From NCBI GenBank assembly GCA_963744935.1, contig CAVUVM010000001.1, positions 62,822-126,821 on the forward strand: a stretch of 64,000 nucleotides of DNA, read 5' to 3'. How positions within the stretch are numbered: position 1 is the first letter of the stretch; each line of letters begins with the position of its first letter. The notes beneath the pieces were generated by a model. That model was not told where the DNA came from. It ran no database searches and saw only the letters and a program-made list of their open reading frames with translations. Below are positions 1-10,183 of the stretch, one piece after another. A program made the translations under genes and the position numbers. Origin of the DNA: an uncultured Acidimicrobiaceae bacterium. GTDB taxonomy: Bacteria > Actinomycetota > Acidimicrobiia > Acidimicrobiales > RAAP-2.

Positions 1-65
1 TTTGCGATCTGCGAAAGATCCCAAAGCAACACCCAAAGCAGAGCAACCACAGAAGGAGAAAACCT

Positions 66-1193
66 GTGAAGACATTGATGCGCGCGGCATGGCTCACACG
101 GGGAGCGGTCGTCGCCACGGTGGCAGCCCTCGCCTTGAGCTCCGCCGTCCTCGGCTCAGCCGCGTCAGCCGCCAGCGTCAAGCTGCCCAGCAGCGGCGTC
201 GAAACCCCGTCGAGCGGCACCGTCACCGAGACCGGGAGCACCCTCTTGTATCCGCTGTTCAACCTGTGGGCCGGCGGGTACAACACCAAGTACTCGAGCG
301 TCACCATCCAGACGGCGGGTAGCGGGTCGGGTACGGGGATCTCCGAAGCGGAGAACGGTGCCATCGACATCGGTGCCTCCGATGCCTACCTGTCACCGAG
401 TGTCGCTCAGTCCAACCCGGACTTGAAGAACATCCCGCTCGCGATTTCCGCGCAGATCGTCGCCTACAACGTGCCGGGCGTCACCGCGCACCTGAAGCTC
501 ACCGGCAAGGTGCTCTCGGCCATCTACCAAGGTCAGATCACGAAGTGGAACGCCACGCAGATCGCGAGCTTGAACCCGGGCGTCATGCTGCCCAGCACGC
601 CGATCGTGACGCTGCACCGCTCCGACAGCAGCGGCGACACGTTCCTCTTCACCACGTACTTGTCGAAGACGGATTCGTCGGGGTGGGGCGCCAAGATCGG
701 CTTCAACACCACCGTCCCGTGGCCGGCTGCGCCCGGTGCGCTCGGCGAGGACGGCAACTCGGGCATGGTCTCGGGCTGCAAGGCCACCGTGGGCTGCATC
801 GCCTACGTCGGCATCAGCTATTTGACCCAGACGCTCCAGGCCGGCCTCGGCTACGCGCAGCTCCAGAACGCCAAGAAGCAGTACGAGCTGCCGACGGCAC
901 AGGCGATTGCGGCAGAGGCGGCTGCGTTCGTCAGCAAGACCCCGGCGAACGGCACCATCTCGCTGATCTACGGTCCGGCCAACGGCGGCTACCCGATCAT
1001 CAACTACGAGTACGCCATCGTCTCGACCCACCAGCCGTCGTCCACGACGGCGAAGAACGTCCGCTCCGTCCTGGAGTGGGCGATCAACAAGAAGTACGGA
1101 TCGAACACCTCGTACCTGTCCCAGGTCGACTTCCAGCCACTCCCCTCAAAGGTGCAGGCACAGTCGACCAAGCAAGTCCTGAGCATCTCCTAA
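66..1193 (+). CDS. pstS: Phosphate ABC transporter substrate-binding protein PstS
   Basis: GTG start 7 nt after AAGGAG. N-terminal signal peptide. PstS-type motif GSGSGTGISEAENGAIDIGASDAYLS. Directly followed by pstC and pstA. Confidence 0.9.
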   Translation: MKTLMRAAWLTRGAVVATVAALALSSAVLGSAASAASVKLPSSGVETPSSGTVTETGSTLLYPLFNLWAGGYNTKYSSVTIQTAGSGSGTGISEAENGAIDIGASDAYLSPSVAQSNPDLKNIPLAISAQIVAYNVPGVTAHLKLTGKVLSAIYQGQITKWNATQIASLNPGVMLPSTPIVTLHRSDSSGDTFLFTTYLSKTDSSGWGAKIGFNTTVPWPAAPGALGEDGNSGMVSGCKATVGCIAYVGISYLTQTLQAGLGYAQLQNAKKQYELPTAQAIAAEAAAFVSKTPANGTISLIYGPANGGYPIINYEYAIVSTHQPSSTTAKNVRSVLEWAINKKYGSNTSYLSQVDFQPLPSKVQAQSTKQVLSIS

Positions 1194-1199
1194 GCAGAG

Positions 1200-2288
1200 G
1201 TGACAGCCGTCAGCGGCGTGGCGGGGAGCGTCCCCGCCACGCCGCACCCGGAATCACTCGGCAAGCCCTCGCTGCCCAAGCGGGTCATGAGCTTCGCCCG
1301 CCGCAACGAGGAGCACGCCTGGCGCGGCTCGGCGTGGATCGCGGTGATCCTGCCGCTGGCGGCCTTGGTCTTCGCCGTGACGATCCTCGCCCTCAAGGCG
1401 TGGCCGGCCGTCCGCCTCAACGGGTGGTACTTCTTGTACGGGCGCACCTGGACCTACGGCAGCGGCTACGCGAGCGTGGTCCATACCGACGGCATCGCCC
1501 ACCTCCAGGGCGAGAAGTTCGGTGCCTGGGCCATCCTCTGGGGCACTCTCGTCTCGTCGCTCATCGCCATCGTCATCGCCGTGCCGTTGTCGCTGGGTGC
1601 GGCGTTCGCGCTGACCGAGCGCATGCCCAAATGGATCTCGCGGCCACTGGGCTTCACCGTCGAGATCCTGGCCGGCATCCCGAGCGTGGTCATCGGTTTG
1701 TGGGGGATCCTCACCTTCGGTCCCTGGCTGGCCAAGCACGTCTATCCGGTCATCGCCAACAACATGCCCGACGTGCCGGTGCTGCGGTACTTCCGGAACC
1801 CCGTCGGCACCGGTGAGGGCCTGCTCTCGGCCGGCATCGTGCTGGCCCTGATGATCGTGCCCATCATCGCCTCGACCACGCGGGACCTCTTCTTGCAGGT
1901 GCCGCCGTTGCCCAAGGAGGGCGCGTCCGCGCTCGGCATGACCGACTGGGAGGTGGCCAGCAAGGTGACGGTCCCGTGGGTGCGCTCGGGCATCATCGGT
2001 GCCACCGTCCTCGGTCTCGGCCGCGCGCTCGGCGAGACGATTGCCATCGCCATGATCGGCGGCGCGTCCCTGCAGATCCCCCACACCGTCTATCTGCCTT
2101 TCACGACGGTGGCGGCGACCATCCTCCAACAGCTCGACGGCGCGCTGACCGACGGCACCGGCTTCGCCGTGGCCACGCTGGCGGAGCTGGCGTTGGTGCT
2201 CGCGGTCATCTCCGTCGGCGTCAACCTGGTGGCGCGCCTCATCGTCAACCGCACGGGCCGCGTCCACGCGCCGACCGGTGGCGCCTGA
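1200..2288 (+). CDS. pstC: Phosphate ABC transporter permease PstC
   Basis: Polytopic permease with the EAA-type loop region (ASALGMTDWEV). Sits between pstS and pstA. Start uncertain: GTG 1200 or ATG 1287. Confidence 0.85.
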   Translation: MTAVSGVAGSVPATPHPESLGKPSLPKRVMSFARRNEEHAWRGSAWIAVILPLAALVFAVTILALKAWPAVRLNGWYFLYGRTWTYGSGYASVVHTDGIAHLQGEKFGAWAILWGTLVSSLIAIVIAVPLSLGAAFALTERMPKWISRPLGFTVEILAGIPSVVIGLWGILTFGPWLAKHVYPVIANNMPDVPVLRYFRNPVGTGEGLLSAGIVLALMIVPIIASTTRDLFLQVPPLPKEGASALGMTDWEVASKVTVPWVRSGIIGATVLGLGRALGETIAIAMIGGASLQIPHTVYLPFTTVAATILQQLDGALTDGTGFAVATLAELALVLAVISVGVNLVARLIVNRTGRVHAPTGGA

Positions 2289-3259
2289 TGACGTCGCTGG
2301 CCGCGGCCCCCACGACGCGCCGGCGCCGCGTGCGCTCGGGCACCTGGCTCGCCCTCACCTACCTGGCGCTCTTGCTCATCATGGCGCCCGCGGCGTGGCT
2401 CCTCATCGGCGTCGTGGCGCGAGCCTTGCCGCATTGGCAGTGGGACGTCCTGTGGACCAAGCTGACACCGGCCGGCGGCGGCCTGCGGGACCAGATCCTG
2501 GGCACCTTGATCCTCATGCTGGGTACCTTCATCGTCGCCGGCAGCATCGGCGTGCTGGCCGGCATCCACCTGGCCGAGCTGGCGCGGCCCAACAAGCGCA
2601 GCGGCAAGCTGAGCGGCCCGCTGCGCACGGCTTCGGACATCCTCTCGGGCTTCCCCTCCATCGTGCTCGGCTACGTCGGGTACACCGCGTTCGTCATCGG
2701 CCTGCACTGGGGCTTCTCGCTCATCGCGGGCGTCATCATCCTCTCGATCATGGTGATCCCCTACATCGCCAAGACCACCGAGAACTCACTGCGTCAGGTG
2801 CCCACCGGCTACCGGGAGGGGGCCGAAGCCCTCGGCCTGTCGATGGGATACAGCCTGCGCAAGGTGATCCTCAAGAGTGCGTTGCCCGGCATCGTCACCG
2901 GTCTGCTTCTGGCGCTGGCCATCGCGGCCGGCGAGACCGCCCCGCTGATCTACACCCTCGGGTTTGCGCCATCGCTGCCGCACTCGCTGACGCACTCACA
3001 GTTCCCCTATCTGACCTACGTCGTCTTCCAGTACTACAACGCGCCGGAACCGAACTACCACGCGCTCTCCTACGACGCGGCACTCATCTTGGTGGTGATC
3101 GTGCTGCTCTTGCTGGTGGCGAGCCGGATCATCGTGGCGAGGACGCAGCGCCACGCGGAAGGTGCGGGAGTGCCCACCTCGCGCGTGTGGCGGCGCCTGT
3201 GGCGGGCCCGGGCGGACGAGCCGCTGCTCGGGGAGGCGACCGGCGCGCTGCCTCGCTAG
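2288..3259 (+). CDS. pstA: Phosphate ABC transporter permease PstA
   Basis: ATG at 2288 overlaps the pstC stop by 1 nt. Sequence runs MTSLAAAPTTRRRR then TM helices. Contains the PstA-type loop YREGAEALGLS. Confidence 0.85.
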   Translation: MTSLAAAPTTRRRRVRSGTWLALTYLALLLIMAPAAWLLIGVVARALPHWQWDVLWTKLTPAGGGLRDQILGTLILMLGTFIVAGSIGVLAGIHLAELARPNKRSGKLSGPLRTASDILSGFPSIVLGYVGYTAFVIGLHWGFSLIAGVIILSIMVIPYIAKTTENSLRQVPTGYREGAEALGLSMGYSLRKVILKSALPGIVTGLLLALAIAAGETAPLIYTLGFAPSLPHSLTHSQFPYLTYVVFQYYNAPEPNYHALSYDAALILVVIVLLLLVASRIIVARTQRHAEGAGVPTSRVWRRLWRARADEPLLGEATGALPR

Positions 3260-3260
3260 G

Positions 3261-3315
3261 CCCCGTCCCCGTCCCCGTCCCCGTCGCCGTCCACGTCCAC
3301 TCCACGTCCATGTCC
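3261..3315. repeat. Degenerate hexamer tandem repeat: (CCCCGT)x4, then CGCCGT/CCACGT/CCATGT variants
   Basis: Read directly in the pstA-downstream spacer. Confidence 0.7.
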
Positions 3316-3365
3316 AGGTTGGCCCGCCCTGCTCTAAGGTGGCGTCGCCGACGCAGCGGGTGCGT

Positions 3366-3411
3366 CCTGACCGCAGAGACCCTGACCGCGGAGATCCTGA
3401 CCCGCGGAGAT
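3366..3411. repeat. 15-16 bp tandem repeat x3 (CCTGACCGCRGAGAY)
   Basis: Units at 3366-3380, 3381-3395 and 3396-3411, read directly. Confidence 0.7.
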
Positions 3412-3449
3412 GCGGACACGCACACGCGCAGACACACCGAGGAGGAACG

Positions 3450-4016
3450 TTGAGCGCTGGACCTGAGTGGGGGCCGCTGGCCCGCCTGGCGGGCATCTGG
3501 GAGGGCGAGAGGGGCGAAGACGTCGCCTACGCCAACGAGACGGGCAAGATCGGGCTCACCCCCTACCGAGAGCACGTCGAGTTCAAGCCCTTCGGGCCGG
3601 TGGAGAACGGGTCCCAGGTGCTCTACGGGCTCGACTACCGCATGGCGGGGTGGCGTGGCGAGGAGGAGAACCCGTTCCACACCGAAGTCGGCTACTGGAT
3701 GTGGGACGCCCGCGACAGCGAGGTGGTCCGCTGCTTCATCATCCCACGCGGCACGGCCGTCGTCGCCGGTGGCACGGTGGCTGCGGACGCCACCACCTTC
3801 ACCCTCACGGCCCACGTCGGCAACCAGACCTACGGCATCCTGGCCAACAACTGGCTGGACAAGAACGCCCAGTCGGTCAGCTTCGAGGTGACGCTCGATA
3901 CCAGCGTCGAGGGCGAGTTCACCTACACCGAAACCACCGTGATCAAGCACGCCAAGGTGGCCGAAGAGGTCATCCACACCGATCGCAACACGTTGCGGCG
4001 CATCGCCGACGCGTAG
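3450..4016 (+). CDS. Heme-binding beta-barrel (nitrobindin/DUF1794-like, FABP-fold) protein
   Basis: TTG start preceded by GGAGGA. WEGERGED...LYGLDY...FHTEVGYWMW pattern is typical of the THAP4/nitrobindin-like barrel. Confidence 0.6.
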   Translation: MSAGPEWGPLARLAGIWEGERGEDVAYANETGKIGLTPYREHVEFKPFGPVENGSQVLYGLDYRMAGWRGEEENPFHTEVGYWMWDARDSEVVRCFIIPRGTAVVAGGTVAADATTFTLTAHVGNQTYGILANNWLDKNAQSVSFEVTLDTSVEGEFTYTETTVIKHAKVAEEVIHTDRNTLRRIADA

Positions 4017-4087
4017 GGCGGCCCGGTAGGGTCACCCTCGGCGGCTCGGCTCCGGCGGGGCCCGACGAGACGCCAGGGAGGGTTGTC

Positions 4088-5344
4088 ATGTTCGAGTGGT
4101 CCGAGGAACAACTGGCGATCCGCGACGCGGTCCGGCGCTTCGTCGAGGAAGAGGTCAAGCCCAACGTCGAAGAGCTCGAGCACGGGGACACGCCTCCGTA
4201 CGAGGTGATCCGCAAGCTGTACAAGACCTTCGGGCTCGACGCCGCCGCCCGGGACTCCTTCAAGCGGGCGCTCGAGCGCAAGACGTCGGGGTCGGGGTCG
4301 GTGTCGGGGGCGGTTGCGGCCTCGGACGCGGCCGCAACGCGGGGCGGGGGCGGCTCCAACGCGGCCGTGACCCTGATCCCGATCATCGAGCTGTGCCACT
4401 ACTGCCCCGGCATCGTGACCGCGCTCGGGGTGAGCACGGGATTGGCCGGCGGCACCATCATGAAGAGCGGCACGCCGGCGCAGATGGAGCGCTGGGGCCT
4501 CGACCTGATGACGTTCGACAAGATCGGCGCCTGGGCCATCACCGAGCCCAACTCGGGCTCCGACGCGCTGGGTGGCATGAAGTCGACCGCCGTGCGCGAC
4601 GGCGACGAGTACGTGCTGAACGGCAACAAGACCTTCATCACCAACGGCCCCTACGCCGACACGATCGTCTTCTACGCCAAGCTCGAAGACGGCGGCGATA
4701 CGCCGCTGCGCCAGCGTCCGGTGCTGACCTTCATCCTCGACTCGGGCATGCCCGGGCTCACCCAGTCCAAGCCCTTCCGCAAGATGGGCCTGCACTCGTC
4801 CCCCACCGGCGAGCTCTTCCTCTCCGACGTGCGCGTCGGCAAGGAGCGGCTGCTCGGCGAGACCGAGGGGAGCCCCGGCGGCAACGAGGGCCGCGAGAGC
4901 GCCAAGGGCAACTTCGTCACCGAGCGGGCGGGGGTAGCCGCCATGTCGCTCGGCCTCATCGAGGAGTGCCTCAAGCTGTCGGTGCAGTACGCCAAGGACC
5001 GCATGCTGTGGGAACGGCCGATCTCGGAGTTCGAGCTGATCCAGCTGAAGCTGGCCAAGATGGAGATCGCCCGGCTCAACGTCGAGAACCTGGTGTTCCG
5101 CCATATCGAGATGTCGGAGGCCGGGAAGAGCCTGACGCTGGCCGAGGCCTCGGCCATGAAGCTGTACTCCGCGCAGTCGGCCTCCGAGGTGGCCATGGAG
5201 GCGGTGCAGCTCTTCGGCGGCAACGGCTACATGTCCGAGTTCCGGGTGGAGCAGCTGGCCCGCGACGCGAAGGTGTTCCAGATCTATGCCGGGACTGACG
5301 AGATCCAGGTGACGCACATCGCCCGTGACCTCTTGAACCGGTGA
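4088..5344 (+). CDS. Acyl-CoA dehydrogenase
   Basis: ATG at 4088. ACAD motifs: AWAITEPNSGSDA, NGNKTFITNG, and C-terminal QLFGGNGY...IYAGTDEIQ. Carries a Gly/Ser/Ala-rich insert near the N-terminus. Confidence 0.9.
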   Translation: MFEWSEEQLAIRDAVRRFVEEEVKPNVEELEHGDTPPYEVIRKLYKTFGLDAAARDSFKRALERKTSGSGSVSGAVAASDAAATRGGGGSNAAVTLIPIIELCHYCPGIVTALGVSTGLAGGTIMKSGTPAQMERWGLDLMTFDKIGAWAITEPNSGSDALGGMKSTAVRDGDEYVLNGNKTFITNGPYADTIVFYAKLEDGGDTPLRQRPVLTFILDSGMPGLTQSKPFRKMGLHSSPTGELFLSDVRVGKERLLGETEGSPGGNEGRESAKGNFVTERAGVAAMSLGLIEECLKLSVQYAKDRMLWERPISEFELIQLKLAKMEIARLNVENLVFRHIEMSEAGKSLTLAEASAMKLYSAQSASEVAMEAVQLFGGNGYMSEFRVEQLARDAKVFQIYAGTDEIQVTHIARDLLNR

Positions 5345-5354
5345 GGACGGGTTC

Positions 5355-6534
5355 GTGAACGACGTGTTCGGGTCGTCGGCGGCCGACACGGTCTACGACG
5401 ACATGGTCGACCAACGGCGCCTTCTGCACCGCCGGCCGGAGTTGGCCTTCGAGGAGCACGAGACGACGGCGCTGATCCGCGCGCACATGGCGTCGCTCGG
5501 CATCGAGGAGGTGCTCCGGACCACCGAGACCGGCGGGATCTTCACCATGGAGGGCGGGCGGCCCGGCGGCAGCGTCGTGCTGCGCGGCGACATCGACGCG
5601 CTGCCCGTCCACGAGGACGAGGCGCGGGCGGTCCACTCGGAGGTCGAGGGCCTGATGCACGCCTGTGGCCACGACGTCCACGTGGCCGCGCTGCTCGGGG
5701 CGGCCTCGGTCCTGGCATCTCGGCGTGAGGAGCTGCCCGGGCGCTACATCTTCTTGTTCCAGCCGGCCGAGGAAGCGTTGTGCGGCGCCACCGCGATGCT
5801 CGAACGCGGCGCGCTCGACGGTCATGGAGGGGGCGCGCCTCATCGGTTTCCACGTGTCGTCCCTTTTGCCGACCGGCTTCGTCGCCCTGAAGGACGGCAT
5901 CGCCATGTCCGAGGCGAACTCGCTGCGCATCACGCTGAGTGGCCCGGGCGGGCACGGCGCCATGCCGTCGGACCAGGGCGACGTCATCCGGGCCACGGCC
6001 GAGCTGGTCAGCCGGCTCGGCGAGGTGGCTGCAGGTCTGTCCTACGAAGGGACCGACTGCGTCTGCAGTGCCGGCACGATCCACGCCGGGACGGCCATCA
6101 ACGTGGTGCCCACCATGGCCCGCGTCACCGGCACGCTGCGCACCTTCACCGAAGCCCAACACCACGAGGCGCTCGACCGCCTCCAGGCCCTGTGCGACTC
6201 GGTGGGCGACGACCAGGGCGTCCATGTGGAGCTCGCGGTACCCGAGCACACCCGCCCCGTGGTCAACGATGCCGCGGCCGCCGCGGTGGTCGAGGCGGAA
6301 GCAGCCGTCGTGGTCGGCCCCGACCAGGTCTTCCGCATGCCGCCCGTCGGGCCCAGCGACGACGTGAGCGAGTTCTTGCACCACCTGCCCGGCTGCTACT
6401 TCTTCGTCGGCGGCGGGGCGGCCGACGGCTCGAGCGGGACACACCACAGCCCCACCTTCCTCGTCGAAGACGAGGCATTGCGCGTCGGCACCAACGTGCT
6501 CGTGCGCGGCGCCCTGGCGCTGGCCGCGCCGTGA
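5355..6534 (+). pseudogene. M20D-family amidohydrolase (hippurate hydrolase/aminoacylase-like), split by a 1-nt frameshift near 5820-5824
   Basis: N-terminal part in the frame of ORF 5355 (HRRPELAFEEHETT, GDIDALP, HACGHDVH, LFQPAEE). C-terminal part continues in the frame of ORF 5665 (RLIGFHV...SGPGGHGAMP...HHSPTF). Confidence 0.7.
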
Positions 6535-6576
6535 GCGTTTCGGCGTGAGTGGTCGCGTCGCGGGCACAATGATCCG

Positions 6577-7350
6577 ATGACGGCCTCCGACCTCTTCGAC
6601 GTCGCCGGGAAGACGGCGCTGGTGACGGGAGGGAGCCGCGGCATCGGCAAGATGATCGCCGAGGGCTTCGTCGACGCCGGGGTCAGCGTCTACATCTCGT
6701 CACGCAAGGCGGACGTATGTCAGGAGGTGGCCACCGAACTCTCGGAGAAGGGGACGTGCGTCGCCGTCCCCGCCGACCTCTCCACCGAGGAGGAGTGCCG
6801 TCGCCTGGCCGGCGAGATCGCGGCGCGGGAGAGCTCGCTCGACATATTGGTCAACAACGCCGGCGCCACCTGGGGCGCGCCGCTGGCGGACTTCGACGAG
6901 GCCGCCTTCGAGCGTGTGCTCGCCTTGAACGTCAAGGGCGTCTTCCACCTGACCAAGTTCTTGGTGCCGCTGCTCGAAGCGGCCGGGACGGTGGACGAGC
7001 CCGCCCGCGTCATCAACATCGGCTCCATCGACGGCATTCACGTGCCGACGCTCGAGACGTACTCCTACTCGGCCTCCAAGGCGGCCGTACACCAGCTCAC
7101 GCGCCACCTGGCCAAGCGCCTGGCGCCGCTGGTCACGGTCAACGCCATCGCACCCGGGCCTTTCGAGTCCAAGATGATGGCCGCCACCTTGGAGGCCTTC
7201 GGGGAGCAGATCGCATCCAGCGCGCCGTTGAAGCGCATCGGCCGGCCCGACGACATGGCGGGGGCTGCCATCTACCTGTCGTCGCGGGCGGGCGCCTATC
7301 TGACCGGGGTCATACTCCCGGTCGACGGGGGCATCGCCACAACTCGCTGA
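6577..7350 (+). CDS. SDR-family oxidoreductase (3-oxoacyl-ACP reductase-like)
   Basis: TGGSRGIG cofactor motif, NNAG, catalytic YSASKAAV, PGPF. Confidence 0.9.
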   Translation: MTASDLFDVAGKTALVTGGSRGIGKMIAEGFVDAGVSVYISSRKADVCQEVATELSEKGTCVAVPADLSTEEECRRLAGEIAARESSLDILVNNAGATWGAPLADFDEAAFERVLALNVKGVFHLTKFLVPLLEAAGTVDEPARVINIGSIDGIHVPTLETYSYSASKAAVHQLTRHLAKRLAPLVTVNAIAPGPFESKMMAATLEAFGEQIASSAPLKRIGRPDDMAGAAIYLSSRAGAYLTGVILPVDGGIATTR

Positions 7351-7394
7351 GTCACACCATCACGACGGACTCCACTCACAGGGGGTACACCACA

Positions 7395-8105
7395 GTGTTG
7401 TTGCTGCACGAGGTCCACCGCGTTGCCGGTACCAAGGAAGACGCCTTCGACGACGCCTACCGCGACGAGTACATACCTGCCTTGGCGACATCGGAGGGGA
7501 GCCGGCTGCTGTGGTACCTGCGACTGGCCCACGGCAGCGGGCAGGCCTACACCATCGTCACCATCACAGGCTGTCGCGACGCCACGGCATGGGCGCAGCT
7601 GGCCGAGCGCGTGCGCGGCGGCGATCTGGCCGCGTGGTCGGCCAAGGTCGACGGCATGCGCCACAAGTGCGAGGCCAAGGTCCTCCAGCCGGTGCCGTGG
7701 TCGCCGCTCCAGGACATCGACCTCTCGAGCGTCCCGGTCGACGGCGCGACGCATGCCAACTCGCTCTTCATGGAGGACACCGCCTGGCCCTTCGCCGGGG
7801 GACTCCAGGCGTATCTGGACAAAGCGGGCACGCTCTACGACCACACGCTGAGCAGCCAGAAGGAAGAGGGCACGGGCATGATCGAGCTCGAGGCCGCCTT
7901 CCAGCCGGTGTTCGGCACTCACATGACGACCGAGGTGATCCTCTGGCAGCGGGTGGTCAACACGAAGGCCGTGATGTGGATGCTCGGCCACGACCTCCCT
8001 CCGGAAGCCTCGGCCCCCGGCACGTGGCTGCACGACGCGCTCGAGGTGCGCGACCGCTGGGAGAGCCGGCTGCTGCGCAGCGCGGCGTGGTCGCCGCTCT
8101 ACTGA
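7395..8105 (+). CDS. Hypothetical protein, possibly a duplicated NIPSNAP-like/dimeric alpha-beta barrel
   Basis: GTG start after AGGGGG. Two roughly 100-aa halves with similar character. No catalytic motif recognised. Confidence 0.5.
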   Translation: MLLLHEVHRVAGTKEDAFDDAYRDEYIPALATSEGSRLLWYLRLAHGSGQAYTIVTITGCRDATAWAQLAERVRGGDLAAWSAKVDGMRHKCEAKVLQPVPWSPLQDIDLSSVPVDGATHANSLFMEDTAWPFAGGLQAYLDKAGTLYDHTLSSQKEEGTGMIELEAAFQPVFGTHMTTEVILWQRVVNTKAVMWMLGHDLPPEASAPGTWLHDALEVRDRWESRLLRSAAWSPLY

Positions 8106-8129
8106 GCTCTCGAGCAACCCGGCGCGACG

Positions 8130-8561
8130 ATGCCTTCGACGAGCGAGCCTTTCGACGAGCAGCCTTTCGACCTGTCCCACACCTTCGTGCACCTCGGGCT
8201 CGGCTCGACGGCGACGGTCCTGCCCGACTTCACCTGGACGCCCGAGTGTCTCGAGTCCTATGCCGCGCGCTTCGCGTCCGACGGCAGAGAGGGCCGGCTG
8301 GTGTGCATCACACCGCAGTCCGCCACCTGGGACACCTGGGAACGCCACCCCGCCGGCGAGGAGGTCGTGGTGCTCCTCTCGGGCCGGGTCGACCTCGTCC
8401 AGGACTTCGACGGGGACGAGCGAGTCGTCGCGCTGCGACCCGGTCAGGCCGCGGTCAACCCGGCCGGGGTCTGGCACACTGCGCGGGTGCACGAGCCCGG
8501 CGCCGCGCTCTTCATCACCCCGGGAGCGGGGACCGAGCACAAGCCGGCCGCTGTCCGCTGA
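8130..8561 (+). CDS. Cupin domain protein
   Basis: 143 aa. WERHPAGEEVVVLLSG ... NPAGVWHTA resembles the two cupin motifs. Confidence 0.65.
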   Translation: MPSTSEPFDEQPFDLSHTFVHLGLGSTATVLPDFTWTPECLESYAARFASDGREGRLVCITPQSATWDTWERHPAGEEVVVLLSGRVDLVQDFDGDERVVALRPGQAAVNPAGVWHTARVHEPGAALFITPGAGTEHKPAAVR

Positions 8562-8592
8562 GCTCCACCACTTCGGATAGAGCCTTGCCCCT

Positions 8593-10035
8593 TTACGTCG
8601 TGGCGACAGGCGTGCCGACGACCTCGGCGTTGAGCCCGTGGGCAGAGGGCCACACGAAGACCCCGTTGACGGTCACGCCGACGGTGCTCGGTGTGCTCGG
8701 TGGCGGCCCTGACGCAGGTGCGTCGTCCTGCGTGCACGGGGAGTACTGCGTCGTACCGGTCCGCTTGCCGCCGCCCGGAGTGCCCTTCGCGACCGTGACC
8801 GTGTAGGTCGGGATCGTCTCGCACCACAGTCTCTGGTGCGCCTTCAGGGGCGCCGCCGTACCGGTGGACGTGTCGAGCACCACCGTCTTGCCGCTCACGG
8901 ATTGGACGACGACGTGCGTCGCATCGACGAAACGCAATCCGTTGCCATACGCCAGGGCGCTCACGTCGGACACGGGATAGGACCACAGAGGCGACCCGGT
9001 CGCAGGGTCGAATCCCACCAGCTTCAATGTGAGCCCGCGCAGCGACGGCGGGCTCGTGGCGGTCTTCGAGTAGTGGACCGTGCCGGTGTATTGACAGCTC
9101 ACCTGCGACGTCAAGAAGGCCAGCGAGCCCAGGCACTGGTAGGAGCCCCCGATGCTCCACTGCGTGGCTCCGGTCGCCACCGAGAAGCCAACGGTCTTGT
9201 AGTTGCCAAAATCAAAGCTGGTGCCACTGCTGAGGACCCCGACCGTGCCGACATTGAGGCCGCCCACGGCATCGATGTTCCACCCGTAGCTGGGGTCGTA
9301 CCCCGGGCCGAAGATTGAGGCCACACTCTTCGTCCACGCGATGGCGCCCGTCGCAGACAGCTGCTCGAGCGTCGGCGTCGAGGCACTGCTCTGGTACAGG
9401 CTCGGTGCCAAGGCCCGATCGGGACCGCTGACGACGAGACGTGTCTGACCGGTCGACGCATCGATGATGGTGAGCTCGGACGACGCGTTGGCGCCGTACG
9501 TTGGGATGCAGAAGTCCTGATTGCTCACACACGCGGCTGGGTTGTCGGCAACGATGAATGGGCCCGGCTGCTCCCATTCGACCGCCCCCGTCGCGGCGTT
9601 TATCCCGGCGAGCATCACGGTCGGCTCCACCGTGCTCCCGGCGGGGACGAGGTCGGCCACGACGGCCCCGGCGGAAGCCGGTGTGAGCGCGACGCCATTC
9701 GTCACAGCCGAACCGGCGTAGGGATGTCGCCACAGCACGGTGTCGCTGACCGGATCGACGCCGTCGAGATACAGCGAATGGTTCGCGTCGACGCTCACCA
9801 CGACCGCTGTCGATCCGACCGCGATGGGACCACCGACGACGTCGAGTGACCGGGCGGACAGAGCCTGCACCGCGCCATCCGCCGCGGTCGCTGTGAGCGC
9901 GGTCACCGCGGCGAGGGACGAGACCAGCCCGATCGACGCCGCCGCGGACACGAGAAGCCGGAGCCGCGTCCTCGGCACTGGCGAGGCGCGCCTTCCTGCG
10001 CGGCTACAGCGGTGCACAGTCACCCTTCGGCGCAT
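8593..10035 (-). CDS. Secreted beta-propeller (PQQ-like repeat) protein
   Basis: Arg-rich N-terminus plus a hydrophobic signal. Repeated W-containing beta-strand units (LWRHPY, VEWEQPG, IAWTKS, TQWSIG, PLWSYP). Confidence 0.6.
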   Translation of the reverse strand: MRRRVTVHRCSRAGRRASPVPRTRLRLLVSAAASIGLVSSLAAVTALTATAADGAVQALSARSLDVVGGPIAVGSTAVVVSVDANHSLYLDGVDPVSDTVLWRHPYAGSAVTNGVALTPASAGAVVADLVPAGSTVEPTVMLAGINAATGAVEWEQPGPFIVADNPAACVSNQDFCIPTYGANASSELTIIDASTGQTRLVVSGPDRALAPSLYQSSASTPTLEQLSATGAIAWTKSVASIFGPGYDPSYGWNIDAVGGLNVGTVGVLSSGTSFDFGNYKTVGFSVATGATQWSIGGSYQCLGSLAFLTSQVSCQYTGTVHYSKTATSPPSLRGLTLKLVGFDPATGSPLWSYPVSDVSALAYGNGLRFVDATHVVVQSVSGKTVVLDTSTGTAAPLKAHQRLWCETIPTYTVTVAKGTPGGGKRTGTTQYSPCTQDDAPASGPPPSTPSTVGVTVNGVFVWPSAHGLNAEVVGTPVATT

Positions 10036-10183
10036 TGACGCCGGTGCCAGAGGACGACGGGCACGAAGTGCACCGGCGGCCCGACGAATTGAGGGCAGGT
10101 TGTCGGGCTGCCCCGGCGTCCAGCCGGCAACCCGACCACAATTGCCACCCGAGGCCGGACCTGCTCCCTTTAACGTCTAGGGC

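Noticed and set aside
1254-2267. Long antisense ORFs opposite real genes. Examples: 1254-2267(-), 3923-5389(-), 19104-20570(+), 48951-51491(-), 32325-33848(-), 37058-38236(-).
   Set aside because: They are Arg/Gly/Pro/Asp-rich translations with no motifs, and they share wobble positions with the motif-bearing gene on the other strand. These are typical high-GC shadow ORFs.
3260-3449. A hidden or degraded pstB in the spacer after pstA.
   Set aside because: No frame shows Walker A/B or ABC signature residues. The spacer is only 190 bp and is filled with tandem repeats.
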